DNA of 64,000 bases from Salipiger sp. (GTDB lineage: Bacteria; Pseudomonadota; Alphaproteobacteria; Rhodobacterales; Rhodobacteraceae), in assembly GCF_048261495.1 (NCBI RefSeq), contig NZ_JBLXFX010000001.1, positions 463,510-527,509 on the forward strand, written 5' to 3'. Each line of letters opens with the position of its first letter. Within the stretch, counting starts at the first letter, position 1. Below the pieces are notes generated by a model that worked only from the letters and a program-made list of their open reading frames with translations, made no database searches and was not told where the DNA came from. This document shows, piece after piece, positions 38,756-49,769 of the stretch. Position numbers and translations under genes: made by a program.

Positions 38756-40819
38756 ATGCCCCGCGATGTGGCGGCGCCAGAGGCGCTACTGAAAGACGTA
38801 TTCGGCTTCGACGCCTTCCGCCCCGGCCAGGGCGAGATCGTCGACGCGGTGGCGCGGGGCGAGAACGTGCTGGCCATCATGCCGACCGGCGGGGGAAAGT
38901 CCCTGTGTTTCCAGCTACCTGCGCTGATGCGGGGAGGGGTCACTGTGGTGATCTCGCCGCTGATCGCGCTGATGCGGGACCAGGTGCGCGGGCTGCGGGA
39001 GGCCGGTGTCGCGGCCGGTGCGCTGACTTCGGGCAATACGGAGGAGGAAACCTCCGCCGTTCTGGACATGCTGCGCGACGGCACGCTGAAGCTGCTCTAC
39101 CTCGCGCCGGAACGGCTGGCCTCCGGCGGAACGCAGCGGATGCTGATGCAGGCCGGGGTGGGGTTGATCGCGGTGGACGAGGCGCATTGCGTGTCGCAAT
39201 GGGGGCACGATTTCCGCCCCGATTACCTTCGGATCGGCGAATTGCGGCGGGCGCTCGACGTGCCGCTGGCGGCCTTTACAGCAACGGCCGACCAGGAGAC
39301 CCGGGAAGAGATCGCCCGGCGGCTCTTTGACGGCGCCGAGCCGCTGAGCTTTCTGCGCGGGTTCGACCGGCCCAACCTGCACCTGATGTTCCGGGCCAAG
39401 GACCAGCCGCGGCGCCAGATCCTGTCCTTTGCGGCCGCGCGGCGGGGCCGGTCCGGGATCGTCTATTGCGGCACCCGGGCCAAGACCGAAGGGCTGGCGC
39501 AGGCCCTGCGCGAGGACGGGCATCCTGCCTGCTACTACCACGGCGGGATGGAGGCCGAGGCGCGGCGCCACGTCGAGGAACGCTTTGCCACCGAGGACGG
39601 GCTGATCGTGGTGGCCACCGTGGCCTTCGGCATGGGCGTCGACAAGCCGGACATCCGCTGGGTCGCGCATGCCGACCTCCCCAAGAGCATCGAGGCCTAT
39701 TACCAGGAGATCGGGCGCGGCGGGCGCGACGGCGCTCCCGCGGAGACGCTGACGCTCTACGGTCCCGAGGATATCCGCCTGCGGCGGTCGCAGATCGACG
39801 AGGGACTTGCGCCGCCGGAGCGGCGGGCGGCGGATCACGGGCGGCTGAACGCGCTGCTGGGTCTGGCCGAGGCGCTGGGCTGCCGTCGCCGCACCCTGCT
39901 GCGCTATTTCGGCGAGGACGCGGCGGGCGATTGCGGCAATTGCGATCTTTGCGACCGGCCGCCCGAGGTGTTCGACGGCACCGAGGCGGTGCGCAAGGCC
40001 CTGTCGGCCGCGCTGCGGACCGGCGAGAGTTTCGGCGCCGGGCATCTGATCGACATTCTCATCGGGAACGAGACCGACAAGGTGCGCCAGCGCAGCCACG
40101 ATCAGCTGCCCACCTTCGGGGTCGGGCGCGATCTCACGCGCGGGCAATGGCAGGCGGTGTTCCGGCAGATGATGGGGCACGACCTGGTGCGGCCCGATGC
40201 CGAGCGGCACGGCGCCCTGGTGATGACCGAGGCGGCACGCCCCATCCTGCGCGGCGAGGAGGCGATCCAGCTGCGCCGCGACGTGGTGGACAAGGCGGCC
40301 GAGCGGCGGCCGCAGGTCAAGACGCTGGTGTCTGAGGAGGACGCGCCGCTGCTGTCGGCGCTCAAGGCCAAGCGGCGCGCGCTGGCCGAGGCGGCTTCGG
40401 TGCCGGCCTATGTCATCTTCCCGGACCGCACCCTGATCGAGATGGCCGAGCAGCGGCCGGCGAGCCTGGACGACATGGCGCGGATCAACGGCGTCGGCGC
40501 GAAGAAGCTGGAGCGCTACGGGTCCGACTTCCTGTCCGTCATCACCGGCGCCGGACAAGAGATGCATCCGGCCCGCCGCAAGCTGGCCGGACGCGAGGCG
40601 GGGTCGCTCTTCGACGCGCTGCAGGAGGTGCAGCTCGACCTCGCGCGCGGTGGCGAGGGGACCGAGAAATACCTCACCTGCAGCCATGCGACCCTGCGCC
40701 AGATCGCCGAGCGGCGGCCGCGATCGCTGGAGGATCTGGGGCGGATCTCGGGCATGGGCGATCAGAAGGTCGAGCGTTTCGGCCCCGCCTTTCTGGACGT
40801 TCTGGCGCAAGCGGATTAG
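38756..40819 (+). CDS. recQ: ATP-dependent DNA helicase RecQ
   Basis: Helicase motifs MPTGGGKSLCFQLPAL and DEAHCVSQWGHDFRPDY. Zn-binding CRRRTLLRYFGE...CGNCDLC. Two HRDC-like C-terminal modules. Confidence 0.95.
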   Translation: MPRDVAAPEALLKDVFGFDAFRPGQGEIVDAVARGENVLAIMPTGGGKSLCFQLPALMRGGVTVVISPLIALMRDQVRGLREAGVAAGALTSGNTEEETSAVLDMLRDGTLKLLYLAPERLASGGTQRMLMQAGVGLIAVDEAHCVSQWGHDFRPDYLRIGELRRALDVPLAAFTATADQETREEIARRLFDGAEPLSFLRGFDRPNLHLMFRAKDQPRRQILSFAAARRGRSGIVYCGTRAKTEGLAQALREDGHPACYYHGGMEAEARRHVEERFATEDGLIVVATVAFGMGVDKPDIRWVAHADLPKSIEAYYQEIGRGGRDGAPAETLTLYGPEDIRLRRSQIDEGLAPPERRAADHGRLNALLGLAEALGCRRRTLLRYFGEDAAGDCGNCDLCDRPPEVFDGTEAVRKALSAALRTGESFGAGHLIDILIGNETDKVRQRSHDQLPTFGVGRDLTRGQWQAVFRQMMGHDLVRPDAERHGALVMTEAARPILRGEEAIQLRRDVVDKAAERRPQVKTLVSEEDAPLLSALKAKRRALAEAASVPAYVIFPDRTLIEMAEQRPASLDDMARINGVGAKKLERYGSDFLSVITGAGQEMHPARRKLAGREAGSLFDALQEVQLDLARGGEGTEKYLTCSHATLRQIAERRPRSLEDLGRISGMGDQKVERFGPAFLDVLAQAD

Positions 40820-40850
40820 ATGCCGCTTCGGACTGCCGGAGGATTTGCCC

Positions 40851-41621
40851 ATGCTCATCGTCATCTCGCCCGCCAAACGGCTCGACTGGAGCGCCGTCGA
40901 CGTTCCGATGACGGAGCCGGACTTCGGCGAGGATGCCGTACGGCTGGCCAGGACGGCGCGCAACCTGACGCTGCGCGATCTCAAGGCGCTGATGTCGCTG
41001 TCGGATGACCTTGCCCGCCTCAACCGGGACCGCTTCCGCGCCTTTTCCGACACCCCGGCGGGCGACGACCTGCGGCCCGCCGCGCTGGCCTTTGCCGGGG
41101 ACACCTACATGGGGCTGGATGCCGGGTCGCTGGATCGCGAGGAGATGGACCGCGCGCAGGAGCGGCTGCGCATCCTGTCGGGGCTCTACGGGGTGCTGCG
41201 GCCGCGGGATGCGATCCAGGCCTACCGGCTCGAGATGGGATCGCGGCTGAAGACGCGGCGGGGCACGTCGCTCTATGACTACTGGGGCACGCGCATCGCG
41301 AAGGCGCTGAAGGCGCAGGGCGAGGCGCTCGGGACGGATACCCTGGTGAATTGCGCCAGCCAGGAATATTTCGGCGCGGTGCCCGAAGCCGCGCTCGGGC
41401 TGCGGGTGATCACGCCGCAGTTCCTCGAGGACAAGGACGGCACGCCGAAGATCGTCAGCTTCTTCGCCAAGCGGGCGCGGGGTGCGATGGCGCGCTACAT
41501 CCTGCAGCACGGATTGACCGAGCCCGAGAGTCTGCGCGATTTCGACAGCGGCGGTTATGCCTATTCCGCCGAACTGTCGGCGCCGGGTCGCCCGGCCTTC
41601 GTGCGGCCCTATTCCGCCTGA
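40851..41621 (+). CDS. yaaA: peroxide stress protein YaaA (UPF0246)
   Basis: ATG 40851 gives MLIVISPAKRLD.... Also ...AFAGDTYMGLDA... and ...SFFAKRARGAMARYI.... Confidence 0.9.
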   Translation: MLIVISPAKRLDWSAVDVPMTEPDFGEDAVRLARTARNLTLRDLKALMSLSDDLARLNRDRFRAFSDTPAGDDLRPAALAFAGDTYMGLDAGSLDREEMDRAQERLRILSGLYGVLRPRDAIQAYRLEMGSRLKTRRGTSLYDYWGTRIAKALKAQGEALGTDTLVNCASQEYFGAVPEAALGLRVITPQFLEDKDGTPKIVSFFAKRARGAMARYILQHGLTEPESLRDFDSGGYAYSAELSAPGRPAFVRPYSA

Positions 41622-44206
41622 AGCGCCGCTGCGGACCATTTTTCGAGCAGAACCGACAGTTCGGCGCGGCGCAGCGGCTTGGTCAGGTAGTCGTCCAGCC
41701 CGGCTTCGAGGATGCCGTCGCGGTCGCCCTGCATGGCATGGGCGGTGACCGCGATGATCGGCACGCGGGGACCCGATCCTTCGAGCAGGCGGATTTCGCG
41801 CGTGGCCTGCTTGCCGTCCATCTTCGGCATGGAAATATCCATGAAGATGATGTCGGGGCGACGGTCCTCGAACGCCTCGACGGCCTCAAGCCCGTTGTTC
41901 GCGATGCGCAGCTGCATCGGAACCTCCAGCTTCTGCACCATCTTGCGGAAGACCAGCTGGTTCGTGCGGTTGTCCTCGGCCAGCAGGATGTCCAGTTCCC
42001 GCGCCGGGGGCGGTGCGGCCTTGGTCCGGTGGCGGAACAGCGCCTTGCCCGTCGCGGCGGTGTCGGTCGTGTCGTCGGGCGGCACATGCGCTGCGGGATC
42101 GGGAGCGGCGTGACGCGCGGCGGCCGCTTCGAGCGCGGAAAACAGCGCGCGGCGCGGCGCGGGTTTCTGGAGGACGGCGACCACGCCCGCCGCCTCTGCC
42201 CGTGACAGGATGCCGGCGGGGTTCGAGGCCACCAGCAGGACCGGAACCGTCAGGCCGGACCTCCGGAAGTGGCGGGCCAGTTCGAGCCCGTCCATCCCCG
42301 GCAGATCCAGTTCGGCGATGACCAGGTCGGGAGGATCGGCCATCAGGTCCAGCGCCTCGTCCGCGGTCTTGCAGAAGGTCGTTTCCAGCCCGAGGATGCC
42401 CAGCTGTTTCGACAGGATGGATCTGTTCACGGCGTGGTCGTCCACCACCAGAACGCGTTTCAGGTCCGGTGGCAGATGCGCCGTATCGAACGGCGCCGGT
42501 TCGTCCGTCGGCAGCACCACGCGCAGACCGAAGCACGACCCCTTGCCCAGCTCCGATTCGACCCAGACCTCGCCCCCCATGAGGCCGACGAGCCGCCGAG
42601 TGATCGCAAGGCCCAGCCCGGTGCCTTCGAAGCGGCGGTTGCGTTCGTCGTCGACCTGGTTGAACTCTCCGAAGACGTGGACGAGCTTGTCCTCGGCGAT
42701 GCCGATGCCGGTGTCCTCGACGGTCAGGTGAATGGCCGCGGTGCCGGTATCCTCGACCGCGCCGGTGATGCGCACCAGAACGTGCCCCTTGGTGGTGAAT
42801 TTCACCGCATTGCCGACGAGGTTGGTCAGGATCTGGCGGAAGCGTCCGAGGTCGCCGATGAACCGGGTCGGCAGGAACATGTCGAAGTCGACCAGCAGGT
42901 CGATGCCCTTGTCCCGCGCCGTCGGCTGCAGCAGCATGATGACCTCGTGCACCGCGCGTTCCAGATCGAAGGGTTCCGGGTTGAGCTTCAGCTTGTCGGC
43001 CTCGATCTTGGAATAGTCGAGGATGTCGTTGATGATGACGAGAAGCGCCTCGCCGGAATTGCGGATCGTCTCGATGTAGAGCTTCTGCTCGTCCGAAAGG
43101 TCGGTTTCCATCAGCAGGTCGGCCATGCCCACGACGCCGTTCATCGGGGTCCGGATCTCGTGGCTCATGTTGGCGAGGAAGGTCGATTTGGCGCGGCTCG
43201 CGATCTCTGCCTTGAGCTTGGCCTCCTCCAGTTCGACCTGGGTGCGCTTGATGTCGGTGATGTCGATGCGCAGCCCGACCCGCCCGCCATCCGAGAGCGA
43301 GCGTTCGTAGACCCTGAGCCAGCGGTCGTCGTCCAGTTTCTGCTCCAGTTCCTGGGAGGCTTCGCGATGCGCGGCGAGCCGCTCCTCGAGCCACTCCTCC
43401 TCGCGACCGGCGGCATCCTTGTACTGGCCGTGCCCGAGCCCGTAGCGCAGAATATCCTCGAACGAGGCGCCGGGGACGATGGCGGGGGCGCTGGTGGCAT
43501 AAAGCTGGCGATACGGCTCGTTGCACATCAGCAGGCGGTCCTCGGAATCATAGATCACGAAGCCGTCGGGCATTTCCTCGATCGCGGACCACATGCGCAT
43601 CAGTTCGGTGATGTCGAACCAGAGGCTGACGAGGCCGCCGTCCTCCATCCGGCGATCCTGCATCTTGACGAACTGCCCGGTCCAGAGCCGGATCGTCTCG
43701 GGCGGAATCGGGTCGGTTTCCCAGCGGGCGAGCATCCGCGCGCGCCAGGACAGCGGCGCCTCCCCCTGAAGGTCGACGATGCCCTCCTCCACCATCATGT
43801 CGAGGACGTGATGGTAGCTTGCGCCGGGGCCGATGGTGTCCAGATCCTCGAACGGGTTGAGATAGGCGGGATTCGCCAGTTCCATCAGGCCGTCCGAATT
43901 GAACATGGCGAAACCGTCGCGCATGGTCTGAAGGGCCTTCCAGAGCTGCCCCTCGACCAGTTCGATCTTCTGGTGGGCAAGGCCGAGCTGCGATTTCACC
44001 CATTGGTTCTCGCTCCGCACCTCCGTGATCTCGGCGCGGGTTTCGGTGATTTCGGCCCGGGTTTCGGTGATCTGGTGGGTCAGATCCTTGGCATGCTTGT
44101 TGAGCTTCCGGTTGGCCGCAAACAATTCCGCCTGCTTGAGTTCAAGCAGGCGTTCCGCCGCCAGTCTGGCGCGGCGCTCCTCGGCCAGGCGCACTGTCAT
44201 GCTCAT
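41609..44206 (-). CDS. soluble PAS-PAS hybrid sensor histidine kinase with two receiver domains
   Basis: Start at ATG 44206 ([10 protein letters not shown]...). N-terminal coiled coil and two PAS-like regions. H-box [23 protein letters not shown], then HATPase boxes and two REC domains. No TM segment seen. Confidence 0.9.
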   Translation of the reverse strand: MSMTVRLAEERRARLAAERLLELKQAELFAANRKLNKHAKDLTHQITETRAEITETRAEITEVRSENQWVKSQLGLAHQKIELVEGQLWKALQTMRDGFAMFNSDGLMELANPAYLNPFEDLDTIGPGASYHHVLDMMVEEGIVDLQGEAPLSWRARMLARWETDPIPPETIRLWTGQFVKMQDRRMEDGGLVSLWFDITELMRMWSAIEEMPDGFVIYDSEDRLLMCNEPYRQLYATSAPAIVPGASFEDILRYGLGHGQYKDAAGREEEWLEERLAAHREASQELEQKLDDDRWLRVYERSLSDGGRVGLRIDITDIKRTQVELEEAKLKAEIASRAKSTFLANMSHEIRTPMNGVVGMADLLMETDLSDEQKLYIETIRNSGEALLVIINDILDYSKIEADKLKLNPEPFDLERAVHEVIMLLQPTARDKGIDLLVDFDMFLPTRFIGDLGRFRQILTNLVGNAVKFTTKGHVLVRITGAVEDTGTAAIHLTVEDTGIGIAEDKLVHVFGEFNQVDDERNRRFEGTGLGLAITRRLVGLMGGEVWVESELGKGSCFGLRVVLPTDEPAPFDTAHLPPDLKRVLVVDDHAVNRSILSKQLGILGLETTFCKTADEALDLMADPPDLVIAELDLPGMDGLELARHFRRSGLTVPVLLVASNPAGILSRAEAAGVVAVLQKPAPRRALFSALEAAAARHAAPDPAAHVPPDDTTDTAATGKALFRHRTKAAPPPARELDILLAEDNRTNQLVFRKMVQKLEVPMQLRIANNGLEAVEAFEDRRPDIIFMDISMPKMDGKQATREIRLLEGSGPRVPIIAVTAHAMQGDRDGILEAGLDDYLTKPLRRAELSVLLEKWSAAALQAE

Positions 44207-44342
44207 ACGTCGCAGACCCTTCCGCAAACGCGCGAAGAATGCGTCGGGCCGGGTGAAGATCGGATTAATCAATCCTCGGGGAATCGTTGCATCGACACCA
44301 AGCCTGTGCACGATGAAGGGATCGGACGGCAGGAGAGATTTC

Positions 44343-47300
44343 ATGCGCCTTTTCGCTCTGGCTCTGATCGCGGGTCTTTGTGCCACGATGTCCCTCAGCG
44401 CGCAGGAGGCGATGCCGGACAAGCGGCTGGTCGTCACCCGCGACGTCGATTTCTACGGCTCGGATCTGCAGGCGCTGTTCGACACCACGCTCGAAGCCTG
44501 CTCCAACCTGTGCCTGAACTCCGGGGACTGTCGCGCCTTCACCTTCAATGCGCGCTCCGGTTCCTGTTTCCCGAAATCCGCCGTGCTCGAGGAACGCCCC
44601 TACGAAGGCGCCGTGTCGGCCGTGGTCCGGGAGACCGACCCCGCGGCGATGGCAACGGCGCGCGACCGCCGGGAGGATCTGTCCTTCCTCCGGCCCGAAG
44701 ACCTGGACGCCGCCCTGGCCGAGGCGTCGGAGCTGGGGCTGCGTCACGGCGGCGGGCAGTGGAGCGTTCAGGCGCTGCTGGATGCCGCGGGCAACGCGGC
44801 CACCAAGGGGAACCTGCGCCAGTCGGTGTTCTGGATCGGCGCCGCGCTGGCGCAAGGCGACGGTGCCGACCTCTGGCTCGAATATGCGCGCCAGTCCCTG
44901 CAATATGCTCGAAGCGACGGGGCCGAGCGCGGCACCTACACGCGGCGCGCGGTGCTCGCGGCGCTGAACGGCTACCTGCGGGCGGGCCCGGAGGCGCAGC
45001 GCGTCTCCGCCCTTCTCGGGCTTGCCGAGGCGCTGGAAGCCTCGGGGCGCGGCAAGGACATGGTGCCGACGCTCCGGTTGGCCGAACGCATCTCTCCGCG
45101 CGACGACGTGATCGGCGCGCTCGACGCGGCCATCGCGAAATACGGCTTCCGCATCGTCGATCACGTGGTGGAGTCCGACAGCGCCGATCCCCGGATCTGC
45201 GCCGAATTCTCCGAGACGCTGGCCAGGGCCGGAGTCGATTATGCACCCTACGTGCGCCTGCCGGATGCGCGGCTCGCCGTGACATCGGACGACCGGCGGG
45301 TCTGTGTCACCGGGGTCGAACACGGCGCGCGCTACCAACTGACCTTCCGCGCTGGTTTGCCCTCGGCAGAGGGAGAGGCGCTGGCGCGCGATGTCGCGCT
45401 GGACGTCTACGTGCGCGACCGCGAACCCGTCGTCAGCTTTCCGGGCCGTGCCTACGTGCTGCCGAAAAGCGCCGATGCGGGGCTGCCGGTCGAGACGGTG
45501 AACCTCTCCTCCATCGACCTCAAGCTGCGGCGGATCGCCGACCGCAACCTGATCCGGGCGATCCAGGACAGCTATTTCGGGCGTCCGCTGTCGGGCTGGC
45601 AGGAGCAATCCTTTGCCGGCGATATCGCGGAAGAGGTCTGGACCGGCACGGGCGAGGTGGAAAACCGGCTCAATGCCGATGTGCTGACCCGCCTGCCGGT
45701 GGGCGATGTGGTGGCCGACATGCCGGCCGGGATCTATGCGCTGTCGGCGGCGGTGCCCGGCGCCGATCCCTACGATCGGCCCGCCGCAACCCAGTGGTTC
45801 GTGCTGTCCGACATCGGGCTGACGACGCTGGGCGGCACCGACGGTCTGACGGTCTTTGCCCGCGCGCTGTCGGATGCCGCGCCCCTCGAAGGGCTGAGCG
45901 TCACGCTGCTGTCGCGCTCCAACCGCGAACTCGGTACGGCTGTGACGGATGCCGAAGGTGTCGCGCGTTTCGCGCCGGGCCTGACGCGTGGCACCGGCGG
46001 GGCGGAACCGGCGCTGGTCATGGCCGAACGCGGCGAGGACGACCTCGCCTTCCTGTCGCTGACCGATCCGGCCTTCGACCTTTCCGACCGCGGGGTCGAG
46101 GGGCGCGCGCCTGCGGGTCCGGTCGATGCCTTCGTTGCCACCGACCGCGGCGCCTACCGGGCCGGGGAAACCGTGCATGTCACCGCGCTGCTCCGCGATG
46201 CGCAGGTGCGCGCGGTCGACGGCCTGCCCGCGACGGCGGTCCTGACGCGGCCGGACGGCGTGGAATATACCCGCGAAACCTCGACCGGCGGGATTGACGG
46301 CGGGCATGTCTTCCACCTGCCGCTGGCGCCCTCGGTGCCGCGCGGCACATGGCGGCTGGCGCTCTACGGCGATCCGCAGGCCGAACCGCTGTCGACCTCG
46401 ACCCTGCTGGTCGAGGATTTCCTGCCCGAGCGCATCGACGTGGACCTCGCCCTGCCGGAGGCGCCCATCGACCCGCTCGCGCCGCCGCTGCTGACCGTCA
46501 CCGCGCGCTACCTGTTCGGCGCGCCGGGTGCCGACCTTGCCATCGAGGGCGAGGTCACGCTGCTGCCCCGCACGACGCTGGATGCGCTGCCGGGCTACCG
46601 CTTCGGCCGCCATGACGCCGGCGCGAACCCGCAGACCCGTGCCCTGCCCGGCGACCTGCGCACCGGGGCCGACGGCCTTGCGACCCTGCCGCTGACCCTG
46701 CCCGATCCCGAGGTCGAGGGACTGCCGCAGGAGGCGCGCGTGACGATGCGCGTGGCCGAAGGGTCGGGCCGCCCGGTGGAGCGGAGCCTCCTGCATCCCG
46801 TCGCGGCCTCCGGCCCGCTGATCGGCATACGCCCGGAATTCGACGGCACCCTGCCCGAAGGCGGCGAAGCAAGCTTCCTGCTGCAATCCTTCGGCCCCGA
46901 TCTGTCGCCGGTTCCGATGGAGGTGGCCTGGCGCATCAACCGCGTGAACACGCGCTATCAATGGTACGAGCTTTACGGCAACTGGGAGTGGGAGCCGGTC
47001 ACCACCCGCGAACTGGTCGCCGGCGGAACCGCGTCCCTGGGCGACGGGCCGCAGCGTGTCGCCGCCGATGTGGGCTGGGGCGAATACGAACTGGTCGTCG
47101 AGCGGACCGGCGGCGCCTATGTCGCTTCCTCCGTCGGGTTCGACGCGGGCTGGTATGCGCCCGCCGATGCCGTCGCCACCCCCGACACGCTGGAGCTGTC
47201 GCTGGACAAGCCGGGATACCGTCCCGGCGATACCGCGCATCTGCGCATCGTGCCGCGGTATGCGGGCAAGGCGCTGGTCACCGTGCTTTCCGACCGGGTG

Positions 47301-49769
47301 ATCGCGATGACCGCGGTGGAGGTGCCCGAGGGCGCCAGCGTCATCGACCTCCCCGTCACCGAGGAATGGGGCGCGGGCGCCTATGTCACCGCGCAGGTGA
47401 TCCGCCCGATGGACGTGAGCGCGGCGCGCAATCCGGCCCGCAGCCTCGGCCTCGCCCATGCCGCGATCGACCCCGGCGCCCGCAGGCTGTCCGTCGCGCT
47501 CGACGCGCCCGCCGAAAGCGCCCCGCGCGCTGCGCTGGAGGCGGGGGTGCGTGTCGACGGACTTGCCGCAGGAGACACCGCCCATGTCACCGTCGCGGCG
47601 GTGGATGTGGGCATCCTGAACCTTACCGGCTTCCGCAGCCCAGATCCGGCGGGGCACTACTTCGGCCAGCGGCGCCTGGGGGTCGAGATCCGCGACATCT
47701 ACGGACGGCTGATCGACGGCATGAACGGCGCGATGGGGCAGGTCCGGTCCGGCGGCGACGCGGACAACGGCATGCGTCTCGCCGCTCCGCCCCCGACCGA
47801 GGAACTGGTGGCCTTCTTCTCCGGCGCGGTGACGGTCGGTCCGGACGGAACGGCGCGGGTGTCCTTCGACATGCCGGATTTCAACGGGACGGTAAAGCTC
47901 ATGGCCTTGGCCTGGACCGCGACGGCGGTCGGGCAGGCCGAGGCCGAGGTGCTGGTCCGCGATCCCGTGGTCCTGCAGGCCTCGCTGCCGCGGTTTCTCG
48001 CGCCCGGCGACAGCACCCGGATGCTGCTCGAGATCACCCATGCCACCGGCCCCGAGGGCGAGGTCGGCCTCGACGTCACCTCGGACGGGGTGACGCTGGC
48101 GCCCGAGAGCATCCCCGCCGCCATCACCCTGGCGGCCGGTGAAACCCAGCGTCTGAGCCTGCCGATCACGGCGGGAGAGGCGGGCGATCACGGCATCACC
48201 GTGGCGATGACCACCCCCGACGGCAAGCGTCTGACCAAGACGCTGGCCATCGGCATCCGTGCGAACGATCCGGCGACGGGCACGACGCGCCGCTTCACCC
48301 TGTCGCCGGGCGAGACCTTCTCCCTCGACGACGAGGTGCTGACGGGCCTCAGGCCGGACACCGCGGAGGTTCTGGTCTCGGCCGGGCCGCTGGCGCGGTT
48401 CGACGTGCCGGGCATGCTTGCCGCGCTCGACCGCTATCCCTACGGCTGCACGGAACAGGTAACCTCCCAGGCGCTGCCGATGCTGTATCTCGCCGCCATC
48501 ACCGAGCCGCTGGGCCTCGGCGGCAAGGACCTGATCGACCTCCGGGTGTCGCAGGCGATCACCCGCATCCTGACGCGGCAGGCGCCGAACGGCGGCTTCG
48601 GCCTGTGGTACGCGGATTCGGGGGATTTCTGGCTCGATGCCTATGTCACCGATTTCCTGACCCGTGCCCGGCGTCAGGGCCATGATGTGCCGGAAACCGC
48701 GCTGACCATGGCCGTCGACAACCTGCGCAACCAGATCTCCTACGCGGCGGATTTCGACAACGGCGGAGAGGAGATCGCCTATGCGCTGCTGGTCCTCGCG
48801 CGCGAGGGGCGCGCCAACGTCGGGGATCTGCGATACTACGCCGACGAACGGGCCGACAATTTCGCGACGCCGATGGCGCAGGCGCAACTGGGCGCGGCGC
48901 TGGCAAGCTACGGCGACCAGACCCGCGCCGACCGGATGTTCGCCAAGGCAGCCGAACGGATCGCGCGCATCCCGCAGGAGGTGCCGCAGAGTTACCGCGC
49001 CGATTACGGTACGCCGCTGCGCGATGCGGCGGGCCTGCTGACGCTGGCGGTCGAAGCGCGCTCCGATGCGCTCGACACCGATGCGCTGGTGACGCGCATT
49101 GCCGCCGCCACCCGTCCCCTGTCGACGCAGGAGATGTCGTGGACGCTGCTGGCGGCACAGGCGATGGTGGAGGACCCCTCGATGGGCGGCATCACCCTTG
49201 ACGGCGCGCCGGTGGCGGGCCCCTTCGTGCGCCGGATCGAAGGCGGCGCGCTGGTTCCGGTGCGCATCGCCAACAGCGGCACCGCGCCGACGCCCGTCAC
49301 CCTGACCACGCTCGGCGTGCCGCTGGGCGAAACCGCTGCGGGAGGATACGGCTATGCGATCACGCGGGACTATTTCTCGATGACCGGCGAACCGGTCGAA
49401 GGCCCGGTCAGCCGGGGCGACCGGCTCGTCACCGTGCTGACCGTCCGTCCCGCCGAAAAGACCGGCGCACGTCTGATGATCGACGACGCGCTTCCGGCAG
49501 GGTTCGAGATCGACAACCCCGACCTGATCCGCGCCGGGGACATCCGCGCCCTCGACTGGCTGGAGCCGTCCGAAGCCATCCATACGGAGTTCCGCGCGGA
49601 GCGCTTTCTTGCGGCGGTGGACCAGTCCGGGGATGCGCCCATCCGGCTGGCCTATATCGTGCGGGCGATCTCTCCCGGCACGTTCCACCATCCGGCGGCG
49701 CTGGTCGAAGACATGTACCGGCCGGACTACCGCGCCACGACCGCCTCGGGCACGCTGGTGATCGAATGA
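44343..49769 (+). CDS. alpha-2-macroglobulin family protein (YfhM-like) with an N-terminal PAN/Apple-like module
   Basis: 1808 codons starting at ATG 44343 (signal peptide MRLFALALIAGLCATMSLSAQEA). Thioester motif YPYGCTEQ at 48447..48458 (CTEQ). Followed by pbpC. Confidence 0.92.
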   Translation: MRLFALALIAGLCATMSLSAQEAMPDKRLVVTRDVDFYGSDLQALFDTTLEACSNLCLNSGDCRAFTFNARSGSCFPKSAVLEERPYEGAVSAVVRETDPAAMATARDRREDLSFLRPEDLDAALAEASELGLRHGGGQWSVQALLDAAGNAATKGNLRQSVFWIGAALAQGDGADLWLEYARQSLQYARSDGAERGTYTRRAVLAALNGYLRAGPEAQRVSALLGLAEALEASGRGKDMVPTLRLAERISPRDDVIGALDAAIAKYGFRIVDHVVESDSADPRICAEFSETLARAGVDYAPYVRLPDARLAVTSDDRRVCVTGVEHGARYQLTFRAGLPSAEGEALARDVALDVYVRDREPVVSFPGRAYVLPKSADAGLPVETVNLSSIDLKLRRIADRNLIRAIQDSYFGRPLSGWQEQSFAGDIAEEVWTGTGEVENRLNADVLTRLPVGDVVADMPAGIYALSAAVPGADPYDRPAATQWFVLSDIGLTTLGGTDGLTVFARALSDAAPLEGLSVTLLSRSNRELGTAVTDAEGVARFAPGLTRGTGGAEPALVMAERGEDDLAFLSLTDPAFDLSDRGVEGRAPAGPVDAFVATDRGAYRAGETVHVTALLRDAQVRAVDGLPATAVLTRPDGVEYTRETSTGGIDGGHVFHLPLAPSVPRGTWRLALYGDPQAEPLSTSTLLVEDFLPERIDVDLALPEAPIDPLAPPLLTVTARYLFGAPGADLAIEGEVTLLPRTTLDALPGYRFGRHDAGANPQTRALPGDLRTGADGLATLPLTLPDPEVEGLPQEARVTMRVAEGSGRPVERSLLHPVAASGPLIGIRPEFDGTLPEGGEASFLLQSFGPDLSPVPMEVAWRINRVNTRYQWYELYGNWEWEPVTTRELVAGGTASLGDGPQRVAADVGWGEYELVVERTGGAYVASSVGFDAGWYAPADAVATPDTLELSLDKPGYRPGDTAHLRIVPRYAGKALVTVLSDRVIAMTAVEVPEGASVIDLPVTEEWGAGAYVTAQVIRPMDVSAARNPARSLGLAHAAIDPGARRLSVALDAPAESAPRAALEAGVRVDGLAAGDTAHVTVAAVDVGILNLTGFRSPDPAGHYFGQRRLGVEIRDIYGRLIDGMNGAMGQVRSGGDADNGMRLAAPPPTEELVAFFSGAVTVGPDGTARVSFDMPDFNGTVKLMALAWTATAVGQAEAEVLVRDPVVLQASLPRFLAPGDSTRMLLEITHATGPEGEVGLDVTSDGVTLAPESIPAAITLAAGETQRLSLPITAGEAGDHGITVAMTTPDGKRLTKTLAIGIRANDPATGTTRRFTLSPGETFSLDDEVLTGLRPDTAEVLVSAGPLARFDVPGMLAALDRYPYGCTEQVTSQALPMLYLAAITEPLGLGGKDLIDLRVSQAITRILTRQAPNGGFGLWYADSGDFWLDAYVTDFLTRARRQGHDVPETALTMAVDNLRNQISYAADFDNGGEEIAYALLVLAREGRANVGDLRYYADERADNFATPMAQAQLGAALASYGDQTRADRMFAKAAERIARIPQEVPQSYRADYGTPLRDAAGLLTLAVEARSDALDTDALVTRIAAATRPLSTQEMSWTLLAAQAMVEDPSMGGITLDGAPVAGPFVRRIEGGALVPVRIANSGTAPTPVTLTTLGVPLGETAAGGYGYAITRDYFSMTGEPVEGPVSRGDRLVTVLTVRPAEKTGARLMIDDALPAGFEIDNPDLIRAGDIRALDWLEPSEAIHTEFRAERFLAAVDQSGDAPIRLAYIVRAISPGTFHHPAALVEDMYRPDYRATTASGTLVIE

